From Spongospora subterranea f. sp. subterranea (taxonomy: Eukaryota): a DNA stretch of 48,559 bases. This document shows positions 1-12,700 of this stretch, one piece after another. The stretch is from the NCBI GenBank assembly GCA_049724395.1, contig JAUGWO010000079.1, positions 1 through 48,559 on the forward strand, read 5' to 3'. The translations under genes were made by a program, and so were the position numbers. The notes beneath the pieces are model-generated. The model had not been told where the DNA came from. It saw only the letters and a list, made by a program, of their open reading frames with translations, and made no database searches. How positions within the stretch are numbered: the stretch's first letter is position 1; every line of letters starts with the position of its first letter.

Positions 1-2870
1 TTGTATCGAATGAGGGCAGCAGCTCCCCCTTTTTTCCCGTTAGTATAACTGCCATCAGTCCATATTTCTACATCCGGGTTACGAGGAAGAAGTTCGTTTC
101 TTTTGTGCTTAGCAATTGCCTCCGTTCGAGTGGATTTGTGGTAATTTACTGTATAAAGAGCTTCGAGAATGTTTGCTGCAATATCTACCTTCGCATGAAT
201 GGTTTTGTATCCTTTCGGGACTCTTTCTCTGAGAGCTTTCCAGACTTGGCCAAGTGGAGACCAGCCATCGCCGAATCCTGTCCATTTGGTGTAGTCCTGT
301 CCCAGTTGTGATCCGTTGGCGCGCGCGGCTAAAACCGTCATAGTGGTTGCGCTAATAATTTTGTCTTTCAATAATGGGAATCCGGATATAGCGTGTAATA
401 GTGCAATTGGTGTCGATATGAATGATCCTGTATAGGTTCTCATGTAATCATTGTATGCTATTTCCATTGGTCTGAAAGTGGTGCTCGTCATTTCTCCCGC
501 TATCCACGGTAGATAGTAGTTGAGTTTTCCTCCGATGAATCCTTTACAAATTTGTTGGAACAGTTTCGTTGGTAATTTATATTGCCTCAATAGTCTCATT
601 AGTTTGCAGCGTCGTCGAATGTCGACTGCCGGCTCTGTCATGTCAATCAGAATGGTTGCTTTGTTGCAGGCTGGATTTGCCAAGAGATTAGCCCCAAGGT
701 ATTTCATGGTTGTCGCAGTATGGATTTTGTGATTTGCATCGACCTCTATTTTGTCTGAGTCTGCGTGTCTATTAAACAGGAGATACGTCTTCATCCATTG
801 TAATTTGATTTTGTTGACCTTGCACCATTTATACAGTTCGCTGCTGCTTTCTCGTAGTTTTTCAGCGACTTCTTTCTTAGAAGTGCCCTGTTCCCATTGT
901 GTAGTGTCGTCAACATATACGTTGCTATTGTTCATATTCAATGGTGCATCATAGATATACAATATCCACAGTAGAACACTAATACTGGATCCTTGTGGAA
1001 TTCCATTAATCTGCTCATACTGTGATGACTGCACATTTCGATAATGCACCTCGTACATTCGGTTTGTTAACCAGTTATCAATTAACAGTGTTAGATATGG
1101 CTCTATTCCCATGCGATTTAATTTTTCTATCAAGAGTGGCCGCTGTACTCTATCAAAAGCTTTCATGTAGTCGTATAGGACCACAGCAAATCTATTTTTT
1201 GATGCGGCAGCAATGGCTGAATTGTGCAGAAGTCTAAGCAGCGCATGTGAGGTGCTGTGAGCTGGTCTGCAGCCCGATTGATTCTTCGGAATGTGCTTTT
1301 CTGATTGCTGGCGTAGTCGATGTTCAATGATGCTCTCAACTAATTTTGCCAAAGAAGTCAATAGGGATATTGGGCGGTAATCACCGGGTTTTGATTTCGG
1401 TAACGGGATAATTTTTGCCATCTTCAAGGTATCTGGGAATGACCCTTTCACAATGATGTCATTGTTAATCGCCTGTCTGATGCTGTCTGCTAATTTGCCA
1501 TTTGCACATATTTGTTTTAGAAGTTTTGAAGAGATCCCATCTAATCCAGGAGCTGCTCTACTTTTTGCCTTTGTTGCTGCTCTGTCCAGCTCTCTTTTTG
1601 TGATAGGTGGTGGATGGCTACAAGCCCTTCGCCGTTTTAGGTCAATGACCAATTCATTATATTTTGCTCGCTCCTCCTTGGATAGCTCAAGATCAAGTGG
1701 ATTCGAGATGGCGCTGAAATTTTCGGCGATCCGATTTGCTTCTTCAACTGCATTGTTGGTACGAGTTGCGAAGGTACGATGCTTTTTGTTTGTTTGCGGA
1801 ACCAGGGTTTTCAGCATCTTCCACGTTGCTGCTCCCGTATTGTCCATACTAGCTTCTCTTGCCATTTTAAGTAAGTGTTTGTGCTTGTGGTTTCTAAACA
1901 TGTTTTTGAAATGTGTGTCGAGTTTCTGTAATTTTCGTTTCCTTTTCTCGATACGGTCAGCTCGCTGTCGTTTCACCATTGATTGCTGCCATTTTGTTTT
2001 GGCGCGGTTCCTTCTTCTGTAAGCGATTCTCAGTTCATCGTTCCAGAATGGACATGCGTTGCGACGAATAGTTTTGTGGTGGATCGACCCTGTTATAGCA
2101 TTGTGAATATTTGTTAGTGTCAGTTGATCACTGTTCATGTTTGTGATTCGCTCCATGAGCTTGTTGATTGTTTTCTCATTATCTATTATTTTGATGGGCT
2201 CTTTCAGCGTGTTTGTGCGTTTTTGTCGACCTGTTGGGATGGTAGTTTTGATGATGGTTGGCAGATGGTCACTGCTCAAGCTAGCGTGCGCTTTCCAGCT
2301 TTGGACGAAGGGGATAAAAGTTTGATTGCAAAGTGTGATGTCTAAATTGTTCGGTCCTCTGGTTGGGGTGTTGACATTATTTATCATGGAAAATTCCATC
2401 AAGATGGAGTCAAGGTATTCGTGGTGTTCTTCGTGATTTTTTCCAAATCGTTTATCTTTTGTGTTTAGATCGCCTGTAATTATTGTTGGCATATTCTGTT
2501 CATCTGCAAACTGTTCCATTGCTTTCCAGAACTCTGATCGCGCCTTATTGTTAGCATCTGGTGGTATGTACGTATGTATCAACATTATTTCCCCATTCAA
2601 TAGTAATAGTTGCGTGTTGATTCGCGATTTTTCGAATATGTTGATAGTGGGGCAGTCCATTGTTTTGATATCCAATCCCTCCCTCCAGAATATTGCTGAT
2701 TGAGTGAATGTATCGCTGCAGTGATAATTAGGGAATCCGGCTATTCTTCTTCTTCTGTGCCCTAGCTCGGATATGCATATAACATCGATTTTGTGCTTGG
2801 CAGTGAAGCGAGCCAGTTCATACGACTTAATCTCCGTTAGCCGGCCGGCATTCCATTGTGCAATTCGATA
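1..2870 (-). pseudogene. LINE ORF2: apurinic endonuclease, reverse transcriptase and start of RNase H
   Basis: APE, RT and RNase H motifs as listed for the element; reading frame broken in places. Confidence 0.88.
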
Positions 2871-3649
2871 GCTGTGATTGGCGGCCTTGTGTATGCCTCT
2901 GTGTTTCTTCTCAACGAGTCTCATTTCAAATTTGAAGTAGTTGGTAATACGATTCGCTTTTTTCCTGGTCTCAGATCTTTCCGATATGGGTTTGGTTTGT
3001 TGTTGTGTTACCAGTTGGTGTTTGGTAGTTGTGTTACCTAGAATCACTTTGTGGATTTTTTGATTAGGTTTGAAAAAGTGGGTAATTCTGGATTGTATCG
3101 GTCTATGCTGGCAAGGTTGCTTGGTTCCGAGGAATGGTTGGATCAATGATGGGATAGGTGTAATTTGGCTGCAGTCAGACTCATTTTCATTGAGGTATCT
3201 CCTTTTGGATTTATGGCCTTGAACTTCAGCCTCAGTTTCCAAGTATCGTTTATTCGATCTTTGTGGCTTTAATTTTTTTGGTTTGAATTCGTGTATTCTA
3301 GCAGTCGTGCTTCATCCTCAGTGCAGTATGGAATGAGTCTTTTTTTGTTTCTATGGGATATGAGTCTGATTTTGTTTGTGTCTTTCCTGACATTAGCAAT
3401 TTCTGTTAGGTGAGAATCCAGTCTTATCCTGCTGGCACAGGAGGGTTCTTTACAGTTGCTGTTTGGTGATTCATGGTTTTTGTGAGTTAAATTCCAACTA
3501 TGTTTGCTGAGTTCTTCGGTGGCTGCTTCTGGTTTTTGTGTGTCGTTATGAGTAGTGGAATTCTCTTTGTAGTGAGAAATGTACTGTTCACATTGTTCTT
3601 CTGTCATGTCGTCATTCAAGTTCAAGTTTCGGCCGTCCTTATTTATCGG

Positions 3650-4125
3650 GAACAATGTTGCATAGTGGTTGAGCCTGCTGTGTTCCATTGGGGTCAATGG
3701 TGTTCCCTGTTTATGATGCAGTAGGTGTATGGTCGTCCTCCATTCCGAGATATCTCGAAGCTTTGGAAAGGAGTTCTCAATCCAATTTCGGATATTTGTG
3801 GTAAATGGCTTTGTTGAATGACTTATTATGATGATGTTGATTTTGAATAGGAATGCCCGCTATTGTGAGTTCGAATAGCCCAGCCCATTGGCAATCTCTT
3901 TGCATTATATCGAGGTATTCATCCAATGTGAGATCGTCGTGATTTGGCAGGGATCCTGCGTAGTTCAATAGAGTATGTGCTATTGCCCGTCCTTGCTGTG
4001 GATTTCTGGCATATTGACAGATATCCGTTCTCAGTTGGTGAACAGATGTATTGGGAATGGCCCCCGAAGTTCTGATCGCTTCCAAAGCACAGTTTCCTAT
4101 CCCAATAACGTCTTTGAATATGTAT
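3650..4125 (-). pseudogene. OTU-like cysteine protease domain within LINE copy 1
   Basis: KDVIGIGNCALEA (Cys 4089-4091)...QLR...YLDIM...WAGLFEL...INIIII...NHYATL (His 3665-3667) follows the OTU pattern GDGNC-LF-A / W-G--E / HY--L. Confidence 0.7.
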
Positions 4126-4299
4126 TTCGTGTTGGATATGTCAATGGGACAGGTAGGGTGGAGTCCGTTCCTATTTTCTCTGTCCAGTTTGTTGAATCGT
4201 TTTTGTTCTGTTTCTACTGTCGCGTCGTTGCATTCGTTTGGGATTTGACTCTTCCGCTTTCCGTAATTACGATGTCGATCTTCTGTTTTCCTGCGCTTA

Positions 4300-6073
4300 T
4301 TTATTTCTATTTGATAACATCTACAATGATTTTTGGCGAAGTATCGACATTGGAAAAGGCGGAAGGTAAGTGTATTTTGTCAAATCTTACATAGTCCTTT
4401 CTCCGATCAGTCAAAAATAATCTTGTGTGGGCATGCCTTTGCTCGATGTCCAACCGTTTCACACGTGACACATCTGGCTGGTGCATCTTTGTTTGGGCAT
4501 ACAGCAGCCTTATGATTTTGCTCACCACAGATGTGGCATCTTTTCCATACCGGATGTGTTCTTTTTTCTAATTTTCTTGCGTTCCACACCCACAATATCG
4601 CTTCCTCTGCTTGTTGCTTATGAAACGTAATGAGGGTTGTTGCTTATCAGGGCATTAGCCATGCGGGGTGTTAAAAGCGACGATTGGCGGTCACAATCGT
4701 TGGCTTCAAGTTTATTAGGTTGCAAATCTGTCCCTTGTATTCAGCAATGTTTTGCAAATGCTTGAATTGTCCTGCCGGAAAAAATGTTTAGCCAGTGTTA
4801 GATTGCGTGGTTTCATAAAATATGTTGAATTAGTCAATCCATGAAACAATAACTTGCATGGATTCGAGATTACGAACAAGTATTTCAATAGAATAGTGGA
4901 GGAATATGTGATGTTTGTTTGTGTACCCTTTTTTAACTCTTTCAGAATGACTGTATTTTCGCCTTTGAGATGGATGTTTTCTTTATCATAGCCTCTCAAC
5001 CATGGTAGTTGCTGATCTATAGATTGCATTACTGCATGAAGGTCGTCCGCTGTGATTATCGCCTCAGAGTAGTTAGTGTCATTGCGCGGTATGTACGGTG
5101 CCGGTATGTTGCTTGCCATTGATCCTTGAGTTTTGGTAGGGGGGCTGTCGTTGTACTAGTTGTTTTCCTGCGTTTGTCCATTCTTTGGTTAGTAACTTCC
5201 TCCGTTACCCCATCCATCATGGTGATAGTCTCATTCGCTACGTCTATCATTGTTTCATTCGCTCCGTCTGTCATGGTAGATTGATAGATTATGCGCAATG
5301 CGTTTCTGCGCAAATCGAGTAAGTGTACCGTCTCGCACTTTTTACAGTTGGTTTCGGGGTTACGCAGATATGATGCTGCAGTTTGGAGTCTGTGATACCG
5401 ACTGTTGATGGCTGCTCTATACGGGGATCTCTGTGGTGAGCAGTGATTATGCACTGGGTTCGTCGTGAGTGTGGGAGCCATGACTTCTTTTCTTGGGTGT
5501 TTTGAGCTCGTTCGTTCGGTGTGGCGAGTGACCATTTCATTTTCGGGGTGATGCGTCTGGATTTGTGCTTCCCTGCCTGCTGATTTCGTGAGTGCTGTAG
5601 TTTTATTTGGAACAATAGTGTGTTTGCTGTTTTGTTGTCGGTTTTCGCCTTGGATTTTCGGTTCAATTTTGGTAATTTTTTGCAATTGTTTCGGTGCCAA
5701 CACAAGGAAGGGGTTTCGAACGCAAAGCATTGGATGGGGATCCGTTGCGATGGTCACAAGATTCGGTCAGAGACCTTATCATGTGTAAACAGAGCTTTAT
5801 ACGCTGCCCAGATTGCGTTTTGTTAGCCCAGGTACGTTTGGGTCTAACAAGGATTGCCTTGATTGTCTGCCACTTTCTTGGTCCGGGTGCATGATCTCTG
5901 TAGGTCGCGCCCTGTATCTCATCCTTCGACATCGGTCGATCCCTGATTCGCGCGGAGGACTGGTTTTCGTTGCTTGGACTGTCGGGATGGGTCGCTTCCT
6001 TGGGTGAGACTCCGTTCCTCTGCCCTCCGCTTCCTCCCTTGGCAGCTCTTACCCTCGTCGCCTTCACCATCAA
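4300..6073 (-). pseudogene. LINE ORF1 (gag-like nucleic-acid-binding protein with two zinc knuckles), fragmented
   Basis: ORFs 5663-6073, 5056-5757, 4715-5119, 4407-4595 and 4307-4528 tile this interval; the CX2CX4HX4C pair is split across a frameshift. Confidence 0.65.
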
Positions 6074-6119
6074 CCGACACGTGACTCGCGCATTAATTAG
6101 CGGAGTGATCCTCTCAACA

Positions 6120-6298
6120 CATTTCCCGTCAAGTTGCCAACCTCTTCAATTCAAATTTATTCCTGGTGGATCGATTTTTCAAGATGAGTCATTTCATCGT
6201 TTGTAAAGGATCGCTCTGCAGGATAGTCGACTTGCTATTACAGAATGTACTTGGACTACCAGACGAGAGTATTTCAGATCTGGACCTCAATTCGTCTC
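6120..6298 (+). repeat. Degraded inverted copy of the gypsy A integrase segment at ~6534-6735
   Basis: Blocks such as caagatgagtcatttcatc, tagtcgacttgctattacagaatgt, tggactaccagacgaga and ggacctcaattcgtctc are reverse complements of 6534-6735, with many small deletions. Confidence 0.8.
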
Positions 6299-6299
6299 T

Positions 6300-9219
6300 G
6301 GCGTCATCTTCGTCGTCGAGTGTTCGGCATTATTGTAGTTGAAATCGGCCCATGTGTAATAAATCCGGCCAATCGTTGGGTTGGACATTAATAAAGCAAC
6401 GTATGTAAGCAACGTATGTAATGTTCCAGAATCTGGTTCACTCTTTGGGTTTGTCCATCGGTCTGCGGGTGTCGAGAGGATGCGAGTTTCCTATCGATCT
6501 TAAGTCGAGATAAAAGTTGTTTCCAAAACTTCGAGACGAATTGAGGTCCACGGTCTGAAATAATCTCGTCTGGTAGTCCATGTAGTTTGAACACATTCTG
6601 TAATAGCAAGTCGACTAACCATGCAGCAGTGAGCGATTCTTTACAAGGGATGAAATGACTCATCTTGGACAATCGATCCACCACGACTAAAATTGAATCG
6701 AAACCTTTAGATTTTGGCAACTTGACGATGAAGTCCATGGTGATTGAGCGCCAAATATCATCGGGAACCGGCAATGGGCAGAGCAACCCGTGTGGTCGAT
6801 GACGACTGGATTTGGCTCGGCCACAAACATCGCACGATTTCACATACTTCTTAACGTAGCAGGTCATTCCGGGCCACCAGTACTCTCGTCCTACCGACTT
6901 GATGGTCTTGGAGACCCCGAAATGGCCGCTTACTGGAGCGTCGTGACGTACTCTGAGAATGTCGAGTTTACAGTCCTCTCCCGCCACGACGAGTGCTTGG
7001 TCCTTGTAAAGGGCGTCGTCGTGTAGTCGAAAATCGTCTATGGGCAATCTCGAAATGATGTCTTGAACGAATGCGTCCGATTTCTGGTTAGTTCTGATGC
7101 GCTCCAACATTGGTTTCGGAAAGGTAATTCTCGCGGCACACAACTTCTCCGGAGGTGGTCCTGGTTGATTCGGGTCGAGGCAACAGTTGGTCAGGGCGCA
7201 GTATCGACCAACATGCTAGGGTCCATTGGTTTGATCTCGTATTCTGGGCGTCGCGACAACGCGTCGGGTTTTCCACAAAAAAGGTCGATGCACAATGACG
7301 AACTGATATTGCAGTCGCACTGACCAGCGTGCTTGGCGACGATTGAGAGTTTTGGATGATGTAAAGTAAATCAAAATCTTATGATCGCTGTATACCGTAA
7401 TTTCGTGCTGTGCGCCCTCAAGGAAGTGCCGCCACACTTGAAAAGACGTAACGATCGCCAGCAACTCTTTGTCGTGGACGTCATAATTTAATTCCGGCGC
7501 CGCCAACTTCCTTGAGTAGAACGCGATTGGATGCAATTTACCATCGAGTTGTGGCTGTGAGATAACGGCCCCCAGCGCGAAATCAGAAGCGTCAGTCTCC
7601 AATATGATCGGTAGATTCGGGTCAAAGTGTTTCATAACAGGCGCCGTGGTGAACGCTCGTTTCAGGGTCACGAACGCTGACTCGGCCGCGCTCCACCAAG
7701 TAAATGGGTGGTTTTTTCTCGTCAGCGCCGTCAAAGGTGAAGATATTTTGGCGAAGTCAACGATGAACTCCCTGTAGAAGTTAGCAAAGCCTAAGAAACT
7801 TTGGACGTCCTTAGCTGTTGCTGGAGTCGCCCAGTCAAGGATAGTCTCCACCTTGCTTGGGTCCATCTTGATGCTGCTGTCGGTGACCTGATACCCGAGG
7901 AATTCGACTTCCTGAGCGTCGAACACGCATTTTTCGAGTTTTGCAAATAAACCTGCTGTACGCAACTTGGTCAGTACTAGTCGAACATTAACGTCGTGCT
8001 GCAGCGCGTTGTTCGAGTAGATCAAGATGTCGTCGAGGTAAACAACCACAAATTGGTCGAGGTATTCCCGGAGGACGTCGTTCATAAATCTTTGAAAATA
8101 GCCGGGAGCGTTCATTAGACCAAACGGCATTACCGTTTATTCGAAAATGCCATATTTGCAGCACCATGCCGTCTTCCATTCGTCGCCTTCCTTGATCCTA
8201 AGGAGATTGTAAGCGCCTCGTAAATCGATCTTGGTAAAGATCTTGGCAGACGACAGTTGGGCCAGAATATTTTGGATAGCAGGAATAGGATATGGCTCTT
8301 TCTTGGTTATATTGTTGACATCGCGGTAGTCGACGCACAGTCGGAGGCTGTTATCCTTCTTCTTTACAAACAGTATTGGTGATCCTAACGGTGATTTGGA
8401 GTGGCGAATGAATCCTTTCCTGAGGTTGTCTTCGATGTATTGTCGCAAAACTTCTTGTTCGATCTGGCCGAGTTTGTAAACCTTTTTGTATGGCAGTGGT
8501 CCAATTTCCTCCTTAAAGTTGATAGCGCAATCGTATGGGCGATGAGGGGGCAGTTGGTCAGCGTTTTTTTTCTTGAAAACGTCGCTAAAACCAACGTACT
8601 TTTGGGGGAGGGTGATGTTTGGTGTTGCGACGGCATTCGCCTTGGAGCTCAAGTACGTCGAGTATAGGGTTTGCTGGCCTGGGGAGTCAAAAGGGGCTGG
8701 AGTATCGTATTCTGTGGAGTCGTGGTGGCGTGGAGTAATGGTGTGAGCTCGCCAATCAATATGCGGGTTCTGCTGGTCAAGCCATGACATACCAATTATG
8801 AGAGGATAGTGAGCACGGGAAATGACATAAAAACTCGTAAGTGATTCGAAACCGGCAAGATCCAATCGTAATGGTAGCGTTACTTGGGTAATTGGATCGA
8901 GTTGACGACCATCGATAACTTCGACTGGGAGGGGATTGGGGAGACGGACCAGGGGGATCTTGTTGCGTTTCGCGAATGTGGCGTCGATAAAACAGGCTGA
9001 TGCACCACTGTCGATCAAGCAGGACACGTTAGGGAGGCTGTTTTCGTGCCAGGATACGCACGCGCGAGGTGTAATCGATCTACGCGGTGCGTTATTAACG
9101 TGAGTTGATGCGACTATGAGAGGTTTTGGGGAACAAGGGAAAATTGATGGTGAGGAGAGACGGGAGCTTTGACAAAATGTAGTGTATTGGCTGATATATG
9201 CCCGCAAGATATCAGCCAC
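6300..9219 (-). pseudogene. pol: Gypsy A pol (protease-RT-RNase H-integrase), frameshifted
   Basis: LIDSGA protease; LCVDYR, KIDLRGAY, MPFGL, YLDD RT; ETDASD, DKELLAI RNase H; H-H-C-C, MDFIVKLP, SDRGPQF, QTDGQT integrase (ORFs 8137-9219, 7216-8130, 6388-7143). Confidence 0.92.
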
Positions 9220-9230
9220 GGGCGTTTCCC
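9189..9230 (-). promoter_or_regulatory. Candidate -1 ribosomal frameshift signal at the gypsy A gag/pol junction
   Basis: G GGA AAC heptamer in gag frame (plus 9224-9230), 6-nt spacer, then 9-bp stem GGCTGATAT/ATATCAGCC with an 11-nt loop; the gag stop lies inside the stem. Confidence 0.65.
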
Positions 9231-9601
9231 GACAACCGTCGGTTGCGTTGCGCTAAAGCCGGGCAGTCGTCTATCGGATGGTCGGCGTCACCGCAATACA
9301 TGCACGACCCGGTGTCGCGGCGCCGTGCCCGTTCCGTCTCATCGAGTCGAGGGCGGGCTGTCGATCTTACAGAATCGATGCACATGGGGTCGTGAACTGG
9401 CCCGTTGGAATGACGATGGGGATTCGAACTAACACGACCACGTCGTTCCTGTTCGCGTTCAAAAAGACGGTCACCCACCAGCAGCTGGAACTCGCTGGCG
9501 TATGTGGCAACCGGTCGGCGACCCTGGCGCAGGATTTCCAAACGTCTGGCTGCCGTCGTGGACTTATTCGGGTCGTCAAACCTCGCGCGCAATGCTTGAA
9601 C
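9212..9601 (-). pseudogene. gag: Gypsy A gag, C-terminal part (zinc knuckle; apparent internal deletion)
   Basis: LRQGRRPVATYASEF, DPMCID, CMYCGDADHPIDDC. Confidence 0.85.
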
Positions 9602-9715
9602 TGTAAAGATGACACCAGTTATCATTAACGCCTTAACCAACTGACGGTTGGTTTCGGTCATTGTTTATTAAGTGCGTATACTGATGGGCACATGGAACAT
9701 GGTATGGTCCTAACA
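9602..9715 (-). repeat. 3' LTR of gypsy B (114 bp, TGTTAGG...TCTTTACA)
   Basis: Repeated at 14336-14430; TG..CA termini; purine tract AAGGGATAAGGGCAG just upstream on the minus strand. Confidence 0.85.
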
Positions 9716-9728
9716 GTATACTGCCCTT

Positions 9729-12700
9729 ATCCCTTAGGGCGTCTTATCCTCGGCCCTGCTCTTTCGGGATATTGCCTGTGGAAGGCTTGAATTTCGTCCA
9801 CCAACATATCCGTGGCTCTTAGCGTGGCAGCTGGTTCCCATGACCGTTCCGATGGTGGATAGCCTTCCCAATCAATAAAATATTCCAAGTGTCGGTGACG
9901 ATATCTGGAATCTAAAACTGTCTTGACGATGTAAAGCGGGTTGGTCCTCTGATGGCAGGATTATTGGTGGTGGAGGCGGTTGAATACGATCGGTCAATGT
10001 GTTAGAATGATATTTTTCCAGCTGCGAGACGTGAAAGACGTTATGCAGTCTCGAATTGGACGGCAGGTCAATGCAATAGGCGACATCGTTAACTTTGCCG
10101 GTGATCGTATATGGTCCCAGCAGTTTGTAATCCAATTTACTGCATGGACGATTGGTTGGTATTTCACCGCGACGCAACATGACTCGATCACCTTGGTGAA
10201 ATTCAGGCGTTTGATCACGACCGACATCGGCAAATCGCTTCATGTCAGCAACTGATTGCGCCAATTGGTACTGCAGAAATTTTCTGATTGACGATAGATG
10301 ATCTGCACGGTCGTCTGCTGATGGGTTTACGCTGGACGGTGAACGAGGAAGCAACCCGTGGAATCGTGGATGATATCCGTACAATGCGAAAAACGGCGTC
10401 ATTCCAGTTGATGAATGTTTCGTATTGTTGTAGGCGAACTCGGCGATCGGAATTATGCTACTCCAATCGTCCTGTAAAAAACTGATGAAACACCGTAGAT
10501 ACTGCTCCAACACCTGATTAACTCTTTCGGTTTGACCATCCGACTGCGGGTGACGCGATGACGACAGGTTTCTTTGTACTTTAAGCCGCGTAAGAAGATG
10601 ATGCCAGAAACGCGAGATGAAATGGGGTCCACGATCCGATACAATATCATCTGGAAGACCGTGCAGACGAAAAACGTTCGCAATAACGAGGTCGGCAACT
10701 TCAGGGGCCGTCAATGACTCCCGACAAGGAACGAAATGTGCCATTTTTGAGAATCGATCAACTATTACAAGGATAGAATCGAATCCGGCCGACTTGGGGA
10801 GCTTCACGATGAAATCCATTGATATTGATTTCCAAAGATTCGTTGCGATCGGAAGGGGCAACAATAACCCGTGCGGTTTGTGACGAACTGTTTTAGCGCG
10901 TTGGCAAGTATCACATGAAGAAACGTAGTTCTGGACATAACAACGCATTCCAGGCCACCAAAACTCTCTTCTGATGGCGGCAAATGTCTTTGTAACGCCA
11001 AAGTGACCACTGACAGGCGCGTCGTGATGCATCCGTAAAACCGTCAATTTGCATTGGTCCCCCACAATAACGAGCTGATGGCCATCTCGATAGAGTACGC
11101 CATCCTTCACCAAAAAATGTTTGCCTGCGGGACCTTGCAGATTTTTCAATATTTTTTCGATCATTGGGTCAGAATTCTGATTGCGTCGGACGAGTTCAAA
11201 AAACTCGTCAGCAGGTGGTCGGTTAACATGGTGCACTGCGTTAATTGCTAATGTTGGCTTCCCTGCGACAAAACGGTGTGGTGGCAAAACGCACTCCTGT
11301 TCTTGTATAGAAATCTCTTCTTCTGCCGTCGGCCGATATTCGGGACGACGAGTCAAAGCGTCTGCTTTTCCGTTGAACCGACCAGGGCGATGTTGAATAA
11401 TAAAGTCGAACTGACAAAGATATTGAGACCACCGCGCCTGCCTGCTGCTCAGACGATGAAAAGTCGAGAAGTAAATTAAATTGTGATGATCGGTATGAAT
11501 TATGGTCTGATGCCGATCGGTGTCTAGGAACTGGCGCCATTGTTGAAAAGCAGTAATAATGGCTAACAACTCCTTGTCGTAAGTTGTAGCGGTAGTTGAT
11601 CTCATGTGCAGTAAGTTTTCGAGAGTAGAACGCTACAGGGCGGAGATCGTCCTTAGTATCACGTTGTGAAAGAATCATGGCGATTGCGCAATGTTCGACG
11701 CGTCCGTTTCGATCTCGCAGGGAACGTTAGGATTAAAATGCATCAGGATAGGGGCACTACTGAACGCCGTCTTCAGGGTACTAAATGCATTATCCGCTTC
11801 TTGGCTCCAATTGAATTGTAGGTTCATCCGAGTCAGATCCGTCAGAGGTTTGGCAGTCTGTGAAAAATTGTCAATGAATTTACGATAAAAATTCGCGAAT
11901 CCTAGAAAGGCTTGGAGTTCCTGAACGTTGTTGGGTGCTTGCCAAGACATGATGCTACTGACTTTCGCAGGATCCAGACGTATACCGCTCGATGAGACGA
12001 GGTATCCCAAGAACTCCACTTCGGCCGATTGAAACGAACACTTCTCCAGCTTGGCGTATAATTTTGCCTTCCGCAATCGGGTCAGCACCTGGCGTACATG
12101 CTGTACATGGCTTTCTGGAGTTGCAGAATAAATCAAGATGTCATCGAGATAAATGATCACGAATTGATCGAGGTAATCGTGAAAGGTATCGTTCATAAAG
12201 TATTGGAAGGCGCCCGGCGCATTGGTCAAACCGAACGGCATGATCAGATATTCAAAAAGACCATATGGCGTTCGGAATGCTGTCTTCCACTCGTCACCGC
12301 TACGAATTCGGACCTGATTGTAAGCCCCGCGTAAGTCGATCTTTGTGAAGATATTTGCAGAGTTCAAGTTGTGCGAGTAGCTGGTCAATCAGCGGCAGGG
12401 ATAGCGATTGCGGACAGTGACCGAATTGAGGCCTCGGTAATCAACACAAAGACGTAGCGAACCGTCTTTCTTTTTGACAAATAAAACTGGGGCACCTGCC
12501 GGCGATTTGGACTGTCGAATAAATCCTTTTTGTAAATTCTCCTGCAAGTACGCCTTCAGCGCGCGTTGTTCGCGAGGAGATAGTCCATACAGGCGATTGA
12601 ATGGTGGTTCCTTGCCTTCGTGCAGGTCAATGGTACAATCAAACTTCCTATGTTCAGGTAATTCGTCGCATTTCGCCTTATCAAAAACATCGAAGAAATC

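Larger units (their letters stand above)
1..6100 (-). mobile_element. Non-LTR retrotransposon (LINE, I-group-like APE-RT-RNase H type) copy 1; frameshifted; 3' end lies beyond the window start
   Basis: Minus-strand motifs in order: low-complexity ORF1 (NPFLVL), two CCHC knuckles (CHICGEQNHKAAVC, CVTCETVGHRAKAC, ~4430-4540), OTU-like domain (~3650-4125), APE (QWNAG, YIPP, ITGDLN, ~2250-2860), RT (RPISLL, GIPQGS, YVDD ~908-919), RNase H start (IWTDGS ~50-67). Colinear with the plus-strand copy at 34.7-38.6 kb. 5' boundary approximate. Confidence 0.9.

Noticed and set aside
105..3041. Numerous plus-strand ORFs of 60-190 aa
   Set aside because: Antisense shadows of the minus-strand LINE ORF2; the same applies to most short ORFs opposite pol genes elsewhere in the window.
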